Source: a virus
Direction: 5' to 3' (one strand)
DNA length: 64,000 nucleotides
Virus record (IMG/VR): IMGVR_UViG_3300027963_000048
Coordinates: 1-64,000 of that record
Below are positions 27,491 to 37,430 of this stretch, in pieces. Positions within the stretch are counted from its first letter, which is position 1. Every line of letters starts with the position of its first letter. Made by a program: the position numbers and the translations under genes. The notes beneath the pieces are model-generated. The model did not search any database and was not told where the DNA came from. It saw only the letters and a list, made by a program, of their open reading frames with translations.

Positions 27491-27553
27491 GAATCAATGT
27501 GGTGCTCTTGTGTGGTTTCACAATGGGACCCAGGTGTAGATTAATTGTTTTAT

Positions 27554-27561
27554 TATAAATA
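27554..27561 (+). promoter_or_regulatory. TATAAATA, exact T4 late-promoter consensus, upstream of the scaffold/capsid genes
   Basis: Exact 8-mer in an AT-rich gap about 55 nt before ATG 27616; could be chance. Confidence 0.4.
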
Positions 27562-27615
27562 ATTAATTCTACTATTTTCATCAAAATTACACTTAGATAG
27601 GCATTGGAGAGTGTC

Positions 27616-28314
27616 ATGGATAAGATCAAGGTTCTGTTGGAGAAGTCGGGTTGCAAGCCCGAATTAGTGGCTGGCATTTGCAATGCCTTAGACAAATACA
27701 AAACCTCTATCACCGAGCAATTCAGTAAGGAATTAGCTAATCGCGTTGATCGTGCGAAAAAGGTGTGCGTAGAGGAAACCGAATCTCACAAGCGAGAGCT
27801 TGCGAGACGCTTGCAGATTTTCTGCGAAGCGAAGAGTGCTGCGATTGAGTCGTCGCTGTCCCGCCAACAAGGTGCAGTTGAGACCAGGGCTATGGCCAAG
27901 TTGCGTCAAGTACAGACAGTACTAGAAGGCGTTCAACCTGAAGCCAAGCTTAATGGTCAAGCTAAAGCCACCATTCAAAAGGCGCAAAAGCAGATTCAGC
28001 AGCTCAACGAAGAGCGGAGCCAAGCTGTTGCTAAGGCTAATAGGCAAACTCAAATTGCCGAAAAGATCCTTAAGCAAAACAAGGCTTTGACATCACAAAT
28101 TGAGAGGCTTAACCGAGTCGTAGCAGAATCAGCTCCGGCGAAACGAGCTGCAGCTCCAATTGCAACTCGCCCTACGCCAAAGCCGGTGACTACTCGACCA
28201 ACGCTTTTGGAAAACCAAAATAGGACGACTGCTATTCGGCAGGCTCCTATTACCCGTACTGGTGGTTTTGATGTCTTAGACATCGCCGGTACTATGGACA
28301 GTGACTTAATTTAA
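27616..28314 (+). CDS. prohead scaffolding protein (gp22-like)
   Basis: Coiled-coil protein immediately upstream of the capsid gene; GGAG RBS. Confidence 0.7.
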   Translation: MDKIKVLLEKSGCKPELVAGICNALDKYKTSITEQFSKELANRVDRAKKVCVEETESHKRELARRLQIFCEAKSAAIESSLSRQQGAVETRAMAKLRQVQTVLEGVQPEAKLNGQAKATIQKAQKQIQQLNEERSQAVAKANRQTQIAEKILKQNKALTSQIERLNRVVAESAPAKRAAAPIATRPTPKPVTTRPTLLENQNRTTAIRQAPITRTGGFDVLDIAGTMDSDLI

Positions 28315-28333
28315 CCATTCGCAGGAGATTCAA

Positions 28334-29908
28334 ATGTTAGCACGTGGTAAGCATATCATCAGCGGTAATAACTCCATCTCGGAGGCCGTTGACGTTCATA
28401 AGGCCGCAATCATTCATGAGTCAAAGAAGAATGAATGCGTAAAGAAATGGGCACCTGTTCTCGGCAAATGCCGTGAAGTGCCTAAGCAAAAATTCGCCCT
28501 CATGGCATCGATCTTAGAAAACCAGTTCAACGCCTGGAATCCTAAGAATCGCAGCGTGATCCTCGAAAACCAGACCACTACCGCTGATATCGCGGATTTC
28601 ACCCGTTTCGCTCTCCCACTCATCCGCAAGAGCTACCCAAAGCTTATCGCTGATAACCTCGTTGGCGTTCAGCCAATGAGCCAACCAGCAAGCTTGATTT
28701 TCTACATCCGCTATCGTTACGCAATGACCAAGGGTCAAACCGTTGCCGGTACGCAGATCATGCGTCAAAACACCGCTCAAGCTTACAGCCGCCAAAACGG
28801 CTGGGCGCTTGACCCCTACTACTCTTCGCAAGAAGTGCGTCACGAGTCCCTCACCATCAGTGGCAGTCACACCGTAGTGAGCGGCACCCTTGCCCAACGT
28901 CCCGTGCTCTCCGGCACCGTAGTGGTAGAGGTGTTCCCCAACGAAGCAGACGCTGCTCCCGATTGCAACGACGCAACTCCCTGCCTCAGGGTTTCTTTCG
29001 ATAGCACAGGCTCACCTGACGTCATCCTGATCGGCGACTGCACGGGCTTCACCAGCACTATCGCCGTAAACACCGCTACCCCAGGCGCCACGGCTTTCAA
29101 CAGCACCACCGGTGCAGTTACCGTGACCTTGCGCGCAGGCTCGTTCCCAGTTGGCGCCGTAGCGTACGTTAACTACGAGTATGATCTCGAAGCTAACCCT
29201 TTCCAACCAGAAGTGACCTTAAGCATCGACAGTGACAGCGTTGCAGCTATCACCCGTAAGCTTAAAACCTCTTGGTCTTTGGAAGCCGCTCAGGATCTTA
29301 AGGCAGTTCACAACATCGATGCCGAATCGACCCTCACCGACCTCATGGCCGATGAAATGGTCGCCGAAATCGACCGTGAAATCATCAACGACCTCATCGT
29401 TGCCGCTTCCATCCGTGCGACACACAACTTTGCGACCGCTGCTGGTGCTAGCGTTAACTACACCGACCGCAACATCGCTTTGATGTACAAGACGCTCGAA
29501 GTGGCTAACATCATCCACCGGACCACCCTCCGTGGCCCTGCCAACTGGTTGGTGATGTCTTCTGACATCGCTTCCAAGTTCGAGCAGCTTAACGACTTCC
29601 GTGCGAGCGATGCGCTCACCACCGAAGGTGTTGACATCGGCATCATGAACATTGGTACCATCCAAGGCAAGATGCGCCTCTACAAGGACCCCCTCTTCCC
29701 CAACTGTAAGATCCTCCTCGGGTTCAAGGGATCGAGCGTTCTCGATGCGGGCTATTTCTACGCGCCTTACATTCCGCTTCTCTCCACCCCAACCGTTCTC
29801 GACCCCAACAGCTTCACACCTAACAAGGGCATCATGACCCGTTACGGTAAGAAGCTGATCGAAGACGGCGGCCTCTACTACGGTACCATCAACGTCACCA
29901 ATCTCTAA
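28334..29908 (+). CDS. major capsid protein (T4 gp23-like)
   Basis: KKWAPVL, ILENQ, LVGVQPM, RKLKTSWSLEAAQDLKAVH, EIDREII, FYAPYIPL, SFTPNKGIMTRYG; strong C-ending codon bias. Confidence 0.98.
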   Translation: MLARGKHIISGNNSISEAVDVHKAAIIHESKKNECVKKWAPVLGKCREVPKQKFALMASILENQFNAWNPKNRSVILENQTTTADIADFTRFALPLIRKSYPKLIADNLVGVQPMSQPASLIFYIRYRYAMTKGQTVAGTQIMRQNTAQAYSRQNGWALDPYYSSQEVRHESLTISGSHTVVSGTLAQRPVLSGTVVVEVFPNEADAAPDCNDATPCLRVSFDSTGSPDVILIGDCTGFTSTIAVNTATPGATAFNSTTGAVTVTLRAGSFPVGAVAYVNYEYDLEANPFQPEVTLSIDSDSVAAITRKLKTSWSLEAAQDLKAVHNIDAESTLTDLMADEMVAEIDREIINDLIVAASIRATHNFATAAGASVNYTDRNIALMYKTLEVANIIHRTTLRGPANWLVMSSDIASKFEQLNDFRASDALTTEGVDIGIMNIGTIQGKMRLYKDPLFPNCKILLGFKGSSVLDAGYFYAPYIPLLSTPTVLDPNSFTPNKGIMTRYGKKLIEDGGLYYGTINVTNL

Positions 29909-29934
29909 TCAGATGGTTACATAATACGGAATCT

Positions 29935-29968
29935 CAATGCCCTGGAGCAATCCGGGGCATTGCTGTTT
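29935..29968 (+). terminator. intrinsic terminator after the capsid gene
   Basis: caatgccctgga-GCAA-tccggggcattg (GNRA loop), then ctgttt. Confidence 0.75.
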
Positions 29969-30042
29969 AAGCCTATGCGAATTGGTGTGATTATCTATTT
30001 AATGCGCAAATGAAAGTACTTTAGCATTTTAGATGATATTTA

Positions 30043-30174
30043 ATGAAACTGTCTATTATTTTAGAGGCCAGACTTAATAAATTATGGCTAGACAAGCAAT
30101 CGGGTAAAGGCAATCCGATAATCGACAGAATCATAGCGGTTGATCCTACTGGGGGTGAATATTATTTGTGGTGA
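30043..30174 (+). pseudogene. truncated fourth copy of the 50.5-55.2 kb paralog family
   Basis: Translates MKLSIILEARLNKLWLDKQSGKGNPIIDRIIAVDPTGGEYYLW*, matching the paralog N-termini. Confidence 0.85.
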
Positions 30175-30411
30175 TGCGCTATAGCTAAAGATAGATTAGC
30201 ACAAAAGCCACATGTTGCTGAAGCTATAGCGAGTTACGTAGCAGAGTACCCACAAATACCATGGACATTCTTAGATGAAGAAGGCGAAACAAGAACTCGA
30301 TGAATATCTGACCAGTACGGCAAGAAGTTAATCCGGCAGAGCAATCATACGGCTATTGCTATGTATTAATGGTTTATTGATAAGCAAGGAAATGACGATT
30401 TACTTAAAGCC

Positions 30412-30672
30412 ATGAATGAAACAGAATTTTATATCGCAAAGAGATTAATTAAGCCAATTATCAAGTCTTTATTGCCTACGGGATGGAAACACCGCTTTAG
30501 TAAGAGATATCTAACGTTGATTTTATATCCTAATCCAGAAGCTTGGAATATTATCATTGAACTTGCATACTTAGACTATTCAACTACTGATAGTGTTATT
30601 AATCATCTAAAAGGTACGATAGACTATGAGGTAGCTTATCTTGCTAGGCGACTTGCGGACGACAGCGAGTGA
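30412..30672 (+). CDS. hypothetical protein, possibly a gene fragment
   Basis: 86-aa ORF in a degenerate region. Confidence 0.4.
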   Translation: MNETEFYIAKRLIKPIIKSLLPTGWKHRFSKRYLTLILYPNPEAWNIIIELAYLDYSTTDSVINHLKGTIDYEVAYLARRLADDSE

Positions 30673-30724
30673 ATATACAGTATGACCTTTCCGCTAACAT
30701 TTAATGGTGCCACATAGGTGTATC

Positions 30725-31426
30725 ATGAGACTTAAAGACATTTGTGAAAGTGGTTTATCGAGGACACACAGCGGCATGACACAGCATGATTGCGCAATAA
30801 TAACAGCACACAGACAAAACCCGTGCGATTTAACTGCTTGCGCAGCTGACGTTACAGCTGTTGAGAAACTTAAGCAGCGCAATATCGATACGATTATGCA
30901 TAATAAAAGCGGAGAAATAGCTATAAACGATAGGTATGAATTTATCAAAAATTATGGCGGACTTTATAGCGAAATCAATAAAGTCAATAATAGAGATCTT
31001 AAGGCAGTTTTGCGGCAACACGGATGTGGCGTCACTGAGGTTGATGGATCATTTACCGAAAACTTCGGTACATCCAAAGCAGTCGATGTTAGAGAAGATA
31101 GCATGTTCGTGGTAAATCTTAAAGATGACCCAGATTTCAAAAATCTGATTATACAGTTAGGCAAAGAATATTGTCAAGATTCTGTGTTGTTAATTGATAA
31201 AGGCACAGATAAAGCATATTTGTACGGCACTAATAAAAGCGGTGAATTTCCTAAGCTTGACCAAGAGATGTACGTTGGCTCATGGCTTGGCGGTCATGGT
31301 GGGCAGTTCCACACTAGAGTGGATGGGCGACCCTTTGTTTTCCGAGAAGAGAATTTATCGCGCAATGCTGCATGGTGTGTCTCTCTTATTATTGATTACA
31401 GGAAGAAAAATAATCTAGCATATTGA
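30725..31426 (+). CDS. putative SAM lyase (T3 SAMase family)
   Basis: IITAHR, EINKVNNRDLKAVLR, DGSFTE, VREDSMFV, LGKEYCQDSVL, FHTRVDGRPF align in order with T3 SAMase motifs recalled from memory. Confidence 0.7.
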   Translation: MRLKDICESGLSRTHSGMTQHDCAIITAHRQNPCDLTACAADVTAVEKLKQRNIDTIMHNKSGEIAINDRYEFIKNYGGLYSEINKVNNRDLKAVLRQHGCGVTEVDGSFTENFGTSKAVDVREDSMFVVNLKDDPDFKNLIIQLGKEYCQDSVLLIDKGTDKAYLYGTNKSGEFPKLDQEMYVGSWLGGHGGQFHTRVDGRPFVFREENLSRNAAWCVSLIIDYRKKNNLAY

Positions 31427-31569
31427 TTGGTTATCGCACATTTAATTTAGCTGCTAGTCTTAGTGAACGGCTGACCATTATAAACGTAGTCTAATGGTTG
31501 TGTCACAGCGCCTAAAACTGCAAACGGACTGCCATTGTACACGTTGCTTAGATCCACATTACTCATCTG

Positions 31570-32064
31570 CTACGATGGGCCCCACACATCTACCCAGAAC
31601 AAATCGCCTGAACCAACATCGTTCCATATTACACTGTTGGGGTCATTTGGGTCACTCCAGCAACCGGGGCCATCTACGCCTATTGCGTCATTGTCTATTA
31701 TAGCATTATTTAATCCGTATTTAAATGGGTTCTTGATATTTGCTACACAATTAACACCGAGATACTTGTACACGATTTCTGTCACAGCGGACACTGTAGT
31801 CAGGCTGTAATCACTCGGCAATGACTCTCCATAGACTTGTATCGTTTGTTCTATGGTAGTTTGTTCGCACTCGATTAATTGCGTGCGATTAGCGGCGATT
31901 TTTATTTGCGGAGTCTGACCCCAGATTGGGCCAAGTATTTTGGTGGTGAAGTCGAATATCATTTGCCCTTGGTTAGTGGCGGATTTTTTGATCCAGCTAA
32001 CGGTATAAATATTATCATAGCCGTCCTTGTAAGATAGATTCCCGGAATTTTGCCACCAAGCCAT
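31570..32064 (-). CDS. hypothetical protein, possibly virion-associated
   Basis: 164-aa beta-rich ORF with AAGGTG RBS. Confidence 0.6.
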   Translation of the reverse strand: MAWWQNSGNLSYKDGYDNIYTVSWIKKSATNQGQMIFDFTTKILGPIWGQTPQIKIAANRTQLIECEQTTIEQTIQVYGESLPSDYSLTTVSAVTEIVYKYLGVNCVANIKNPFKYGLNNAIIDNDAIGVDGPGCWSDPNDPNSVIWNDVGSGDLFWVDVWGPS

Positions 32065-32093
32065 GTGTCACCTTAAATCTATTTTAGGTATCT

Positions 32094-35000
32094 TTGGAGA
32101 AGCAGATGGTTCAGTCCGCATGTAGTATAGATCTTAGGGCTACCATCATTAAAATTGATCGTAACCAGCCGCAACTGCATTTATTGCCTACTAACAATGA
32201 TCGCACATGCTATCAGCCTTTCTCTTATCCGGTTGTGATAAGTTGTCCGAGGGCGATCTCAGATGGCTATATAACGAACCGTGGTCCGATAGATTCATTC
32301 AAGATATCCCTATATGGTGATGATGCAGCTCTGTTAAGGTCTGAGAACGCTTACATACCTTCATATCCGTTAGTAGAATTTGAGATTGGTGGCGTTGAGC
32401 TCTTAGCCGATTACGCAATTAATTTAGCGAATGGCTCTTTTTGTTCCATCGAAGGCTTAACATTTTTTCAGTTTACCGCTAGATCTGGTCATCTCGTAAG
32501 GATGGAATACTATCAGGATATGATTGTCTATGATATCTCTAATCACTTTATTGACACGAGATCACTACCGAACGGCCACTATAGGGCGGCTTACACTGCG
32601 ACTTTTAATCTTAGGCTTTTGACTGAGGGGCTTCTCAATGAGTTTTATTGCATCAGCGATGTCGCTTCAGGCAAGAGCGAATTACAGCTCAATTTAAACC
32701 ACCCTGGTGATCTGCTCAGTTTCTTCCAACGAGGCACTCCGGCGTTCATTTTCACTGGCGCTCATCCAGCAGATGAACCTACATTACAGTTTTACAGGCC
32801 ATTCACTGACATATTTCAGGATATTTATGACGAACAGAGATTGATACCACAAATAAATTACGTTTACAATAGCACTAACGAGACATTCCCTTATCTAAGT
32901 TATATCTTGGGCTGGGCAGCCCCATATTTTCCAGCTAACGATACTGCGGGGATTCGTAAGGCTCTGCTGCGTAGAACCGTAGAATTGCAAGGAATCCGCG
33001 GTAGTCTTAATTCGATAACTTATCTTTTCGAGATATTGGGATATGATATTAAATTAGAGAAACTATGGGCGACACCAGATGGTAAACAGTTCATAGCTCC
33101 AAATGATTATTATAACGGAGTGCAATATTTAACATCTTCATATGTCGGGTATACAGACATTTTGATAAATGACTGGACTCCTGAGAATAGTCTACTAAAT
33201 GATTCGATAAAAGCAATAGGCCAACAAGGCTTCTATTCTTTCACTGCACCTCTTCGCAAAAACCTCAGCAATGGCCCATCGGCCTTAAGAAACGATTTAC
33301 CGTCTTCGTACAGAGGTGCAACGGTACAGGTCATTGGAGTAATAGAAGGATCAGCGGCGCAAGAATATCTCAAAGCTTTAGCTTTAGACGTAATACATGA
33401 GGTACCACCTGCTTACTACGAAACTGCATATATTATCGACGAAAATGGAAATCTTATCACTGAGCCAGGTATTATTGATCCGAGAGTTGATTGCCTGGCG
33501 GCTACACCTTGGTTCACTGGCAAAGCAGGATTCGTCGCTCAGACGTACGCTAACGTGATAGATTCGCCGATTCCGGTTCTAATTACGAATGGCGTCGAAT
33601 CTCAACATTTCGTATCGGGCGACCAAAATCAAGTGATTTTATGTCAACCATACCAATTTAAGCGGGGAGATGAATTTGGCCAATCTAATGGCCTAACGCT
33701 TGATCTTACCAATAACCGAATCAAGATAAACATTAATATCCCTCTATACAACAACACAAACGCTGATTATACGATAAAAAATCTGCGGCTTTACGTGTTT
33801 GCAACCTACTGGACTCAGGACCTGGTAGTCAAAGACTCATTAGTTAAAAACCTGTTCAGCAACAGGGCCACTATCGAAATTATTGACAAGGTCAGTGGTG
33901 ATCCCATCAACCCAAAAACGATCTTGTTTGCCTTGGAGTACCTGCAGAACGTCCAATCAGCCCACAGCATCATTAACCTGGTCAGATACAGGCTCGATAT
34001 CTCCGAGAGCTACCTCGTAGCAGATATGAGCATTGGTGGGGACTTCCCTCAGAAACACACGGTCGACTTTGGTAAATGGCAGGTGCCAGAAGGGCGACAG
34101 AGAATCCTTACTCCACAAACTGGTAAATGTGCTTACGACGACCCCGTCAATTACGGTTACACTGAAGCAGATATCAGGTACCGCAAACGCTTAATCGATA
34201 ATTTATTAAATGAATTAAACGCGTATCGGAGTTATAACTCTACCACTGGTAGTGGCATTTATGTGGTATATGGTGATGCTAATGATGGATCTTATAGACC
34301 GGCTTATTTTACAGCTTTGTTAGGAGACTGCCCATATAACGAGAGAGGTCAGACTATAGCACTAAATGGGCGGGCTGATGAAACCGACTACAACGACAGC
34401 TTCATAGCACGATCTCCATGTGGCGGGTACTGGGAACGCCCAGACTTAGTGTATTACAGTCCGACTAAAGCAGCTGGTAATTGGGACTATAATCAGATTA
34501 TCTCTCCAGAGCCTGCTATAATCACGACCTACGGTGGCGATAATAGTATGTTTGGTGCCTTCAGTCTTCAGGCTACCACGTCGCCAGCGACATTATGTGA
34601 AATTCCTACTACTGGAGATTATTTTTATCTTGGTAGGTCTACCGACCATATGCTACTTCAGCCAACGTGTTTATCAGACGAGCTGATCACTTTAAACTTT
34701 GGCGCAGTGTTTGGGACTGGCTGTTACGCTACCTATCCTCTTGGAATCAGGACCATTCGGCCTGGAGTTTTGGATCCTTGCTACGGTAGTCAGAGCGATC
34801 GTCAGGTGAACACGACTCCGTTAAAAGTGCAAGAACCAGGTCAGTCTTTTTTAGGTAACCTTGCTAGGAGTTATGCAGTCCAGATCAGGGAGTTCGACCC
34901 GCAGACAAGAAAGACTACTGAAAGGGCATTGCGTCCACAAGAATTACTGTTCACTGATGATTTCGATCCGAATAAGCCACTAGAATCTTTCATAGCTTAT

Positions 35001-35744
35001 CGGAAGCCCAGTTTAAATATCGTAAATCCCATTTTCCATCTGCCGGGATGCAGATTTCCAAATATGCGTAATCTAAAGTCCACCTTCACTAGTCCGACAT
35101 ATAGATTTAGGCCTTGGGACGGTTCATTGTGTAGTGCAGCAAGTTACAATACTCCTTATACAATCATCGGCAACGGAATTCCGGCGGACATTGACACGCT
35201 GGAAAATTTACCAGGGGAAGATATAGAATTATCTGGCATTGTACATACAATTTTTGACCAAGCACCAAGCCGTTCCTATGTTTCTTTCGATTGCCTAAGT
35301 GAACTTGGTACAGATAATGTCATTAATGTAAGTCCGGCGCTATTCACTTCTGCTGAGTTTTTGAATACCGAAATATTAGATGTCGCGGCCGGTAATCCAA
35401 GCGAGCGAGGTTATTTCACTTACAGTTACTTTGAAGATCCAGCGAGAGTAGAAGCGTTTGAACTTCTTGGTGTCCCGTCTGGTAGTACGGGACCATTTAC
35501 CATGGCGTTTAGACTCAGTAGCGGCATTTTAAGTGGCATGGGTTACAGGCTTGATCTAAATGGGGTTAAGGTAGTTGACGGTCAAGTCACCTTCACGGTA
35601 CCTGATGGCATTTATAAAAATGGTATTATAGATCCAAGCTATGATAGTTGTTTGATATCTAGCGTCTTAAAATCAGATGAGGATTTTGGAGCCGGTGGAA
35701 TTAAATTAGACGGTTACATTACTACGTTGATGGAAGTTGCTTAA
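32094..35744 (+). CDS. large baseplate wedge/tail protein (P2 gpI / T4 gp7-like motif)
   Basis: FPYLSYILGW...RKALLRRTVELQGIRGSLNSITYLFEILGYDIKLEKLW; 1216 aa; start may be 32106. Confidence 0.65.
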   Translation: MEKQMVQSACSIDLRATIIKIDRNQPQLHLLPTNNDRTCYQPFSYPVVISCPRAISDGYITNRGPIDSFKISLYGDDAALLRSENAYIPSYPLVEFEIGGVELLADYAINLANGSFCSIEGLTFFQFTARSGHLVRMEYYQDMIVYDISNHFIDTRSLPNGHYRAAYTATFNLRLLTEGLLNEFYCISDVASGKSELQLNLNHPGDLLSFFQRGTPAFIFTGAHPADEPTLQFYRPFTDIFQDIYDEQRLIPQINYVYNSTNETFPYLSYILGWAAPYFPANDTAGIRKALLRRTVELQGIRGSLNSITYLFEILGYDIKLEKLWATPDGKQFIAPNDYYNGVQYLTSSYVGYTDILINDWTPENSLLNDSIKAIGQQGFYSFTAPLRKNLSNGPSALRNDLPSSYRGATVQVIGVIEGSAAQEYLKALALDVIHEVPPAYYETAYIIDENGNLITEPGIIDPRVDCLAATPWFTGKAGFVAQTYANVIDSPIPVLITNGVESQHFVSGDQNQVILCQPYQFKRGDEFGQSNGLTLDLTNNRIKININIPLYNNTNADYTIKNLRLYVFATYWTQDLVVKDSLVKNLFSNRATIEIIDKVSGDPINPKTILFALEYLQNVQSAHSIINLVRYRLDISESYLVADMSIGGDFPQKHTVDFGKWQVPEGRQRILTPQTGKCAYDDPVNYGYTEADIRYRKRLIDNLLNELNAYRSYNSTTGSGIYVVYGDANDGSYRPAYFTALLGDCPYNERGQTIALNGRADETDYNDSFIARSPCGGYWERPDLVYYSPTKAAGNWDYNQIISPEPAIITTYGGDNSMFGAFSLQATTSPATLCEIPTTGDYFYLGRSTDHMLLQPTCLSDELITLNFGAVFGTGCYATYPLGIRTIRPGVLDPCYGSQSDRQVNTTPLKVQEPGQSFLGNLARSYAVQIREFDPQTRKTTERALRPQELLFTDDFDPNKPLESFIAYRKPSLNIVNPIFHLPGCRFPNMRNLKSTFTSPTYRFRPWDGSLCSAASYNTPYTIIGNGIPADIDTLENLPGEDIELSGIVHTIFDQAPSRSYVSFDCLSELGTDNVINVSPALFTSAEFLNTEILDVAAGNPSERGYFTYSYFEDPARVEAFELLGVPSGSTGPFTMAFRLSSGILSGMGYRLDLNGVKVVDGQVTFTVPDGIYKNGIIDPSYDSCLISSVLKSDEDFGAGGIKLDGYITTLMEVA

Positions 35745-36396
35745 CTTGATCGCTGATCGGTAAATGGTACAGTGCTGACAGCTTATATGCATTAGCCTTG
35801 TTCTGTCTTACGAATTCCGTATGTGGCATGTCATAATCATGGTGCAGATGTAACACTGGAGCATTAGACGGTAAGAATCTAATGCCGTTACGTTGCATAT
35901 CTAGGAATGTAGCTACGTCTCCATAACCATATCCTTGAAAATAATTCGCTGATTTACTCTTGGCCCAGTCTTCGACGTACATTAAAGTTGTGCCGCTTGT
36001 AGGCACTTTGGAGCTGTTCACTTCTTTGTATACATTTATTAATTTTTCGTGCTTGGCGGTCGAGAGGTCAGTTTGAAAATCAACATGTGGCCGCCCGGTG
36101 TAGTACAGATATCGTGGATATAGTGCAGTGCCAGGTGGTATGATTGTTATAAATTTTTCGTGGATTAATCGGTCACAATCTAACATGCAAACAAGGCCTG
36201 AATGGTTAATGAGAGTGTCTAATAGCAGCTGGCGGCTGTATTTTTCTATATTGACTCTGGTAAATGGTTCGTCAACTGGTGCTGGGCAATTGTGGCAGAT
36301 ATAGTGTATATCTCCTTTATAGAACGATCTGAGATGGTTGTATTGGATTTGTGCTAACGTTTTTCTGCTTTGATGAAAAATGATTATGATTTTCAC
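35722..36396 (-). CDS. glycosyltransferase, GT7/GT2 C-terminal-like
   Basis: VCMLDCD, FQGYGYGD, VLHLHH; GTG start overlapping the upstream TGA. Confidence 0.7.
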   Translation of the reverse strand: MKIIIIFHQSRKTLAQIQYNHLRSFYKGDIHYICHNCPAPVDEPFTRVNIEKYSRQLLLDTLINHSGLVCMLDCDRLIHEKFITIIPPGTALYPRYLYYTGRPHVDFQTDLSTAKHEKLINVYKEVNSSKVPTSGTTLMYVEDWAKSKSANYFQGYGYGDVATFLDMQRNGIRFLPSNAPVLHLHHDYDMPHTEFVRQNKANAYKLSALYHLPISDQVKQLPST

Positions 36397-37133
36397 GTGC
36401 GCTTCCGCATTATGATGAAGTCGTGGCCGGTGACAGCTGACGGTCCGTTGACCCACTGGCCATATTTGATGGGTTCGATTATTCTTAGGTTTTGCTGTGT
36501 GATAGCTGCACGGATGTCACTTTCGGCGTAGGCTAGATTTTTATAACTACACGCAGCATCGATGTGATATTCAAGATTTTTAACGTGATTAAACTGGTAA
36601 GCGTGCTGCAGATTTGGCTTTTCTTTTGCGTAATAGCGGCTTAGTAAAAACCATGTCGATAGCACAATGCCGTCGTTTGCAAGAAGACGATCCATTTCCT
36701 TGAGGTACACGTTGATCCAGTCGAAAGGCTGATGATTAAATAATGCGAAGCATAAAATTAACGTCTGTGAACCATCTGGCAGGGGTATGCTAAATTCGTT
36801 AGATTTTATGCCCCCAGTGGGGTTAAATGCCGGATTCTCGGCATCGATATGGATGGTTCTGAATTGCTCGCCGTGGGTCTTTTTCAGTATATCCAAGTAT
36901 GCATCGTTACAATCAATGCCCACATATTGTGAAGGGACGATGTGGTTTTTTAGCTCAAAGAGGATCCTGCCAGTTCCACAACCAAGATCTAGTATCTGCT
37001 TACCAGGTCGAAGGTTTCCAAATTGCTTGATCAGGCCTGTCAATGCTTTAGATACTTCGATGTTAGTGATGGAATGCGGATTGAGCCCTCCATAAGGATG
37101 TTTGTCGTTCTCGTGGAACAAGGTAGGAAACAT
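36393..37133 (-). CDS. class I SAM-dependent methyltransferase
   Basis: ILDLGCGTGR, YVGID, ALFNH, YLKEMDRLL..DG. Confidence 0.88.
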   Translation of the reverse strand: MFPTLFHENDKHPYGGLNPHSITNIEVSKALTGLIKQFGNLRPGKQILDLGCGTGRILFELKNHIVPSQYVGIDCNDAYLDILKKTHGEQFRTIHIDAENPAFNPTGGIKSNEFSIPLPDGSQTLILCFALFNHQPFDWINVYLKEMDRLLANDGIVLSTWFLLSRYYAKEKPNLQHAYQFNHVKNLEYHIDAACSYKNLAYAESDIRAAITQQNLRIIEPIKYGQWVNGPSAVTGHDFIIMRKRT

Positions 37134-37142
37134 TTGTGATCA

Positions 37143-37169
37143 CTCCTTTAGATATATATCTGAAAGGAG
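37143..37169. promoter_or_regulatory. near-palindromic divergent element containing both RBSs
   Basis: ctccttt-agatatatatct-g-aaaggag between divergent starts at 37133 and 37176. Confidence 0.5.
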
Positions 37170-37175
37170 ACTGAT

Positions 37176-37430
37176 ATGAACAAGGATCAGAATGCGGCGG
37201 CTAACATTTGGTTAAATCTCAATAATAAGCTACATGCGCTTCTTGCGATGGACAAAGTCCGAACTCGTGAACAGAATTTAGTGTTAAGCAAGCAACTGGA
37301 GCAGATGCCTTATCAGGCTCGTATTGAATTCATTGAACAGCATTATGGTAAAAATTACTTAAATAAAGCTGTGCCAATTCTAGCGCAAATGAATTCAATA
37401 GAGCAGGCGTTACATGAAAAAACGGATTGA
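37176..37430 (+). CDS. hypothetical protein
   Basis: 84-aa ORF with AAGGAG RBS. Confidence 0.65.
   Translation: MNKDQNAAANIWLNLNNKLHALLAMDKVRTREQNLVLSKQLEQMPYQARIEFIEQHYGKNYLNKAVPILAQMNSIEQALHEKTD

Noticed and set aside
28414-29837. Several long antisense or alternative ORFs within the capsid gene
   Set aside because: Explained by the capsid gene's strong codon bias, which depletes off-frame stops.
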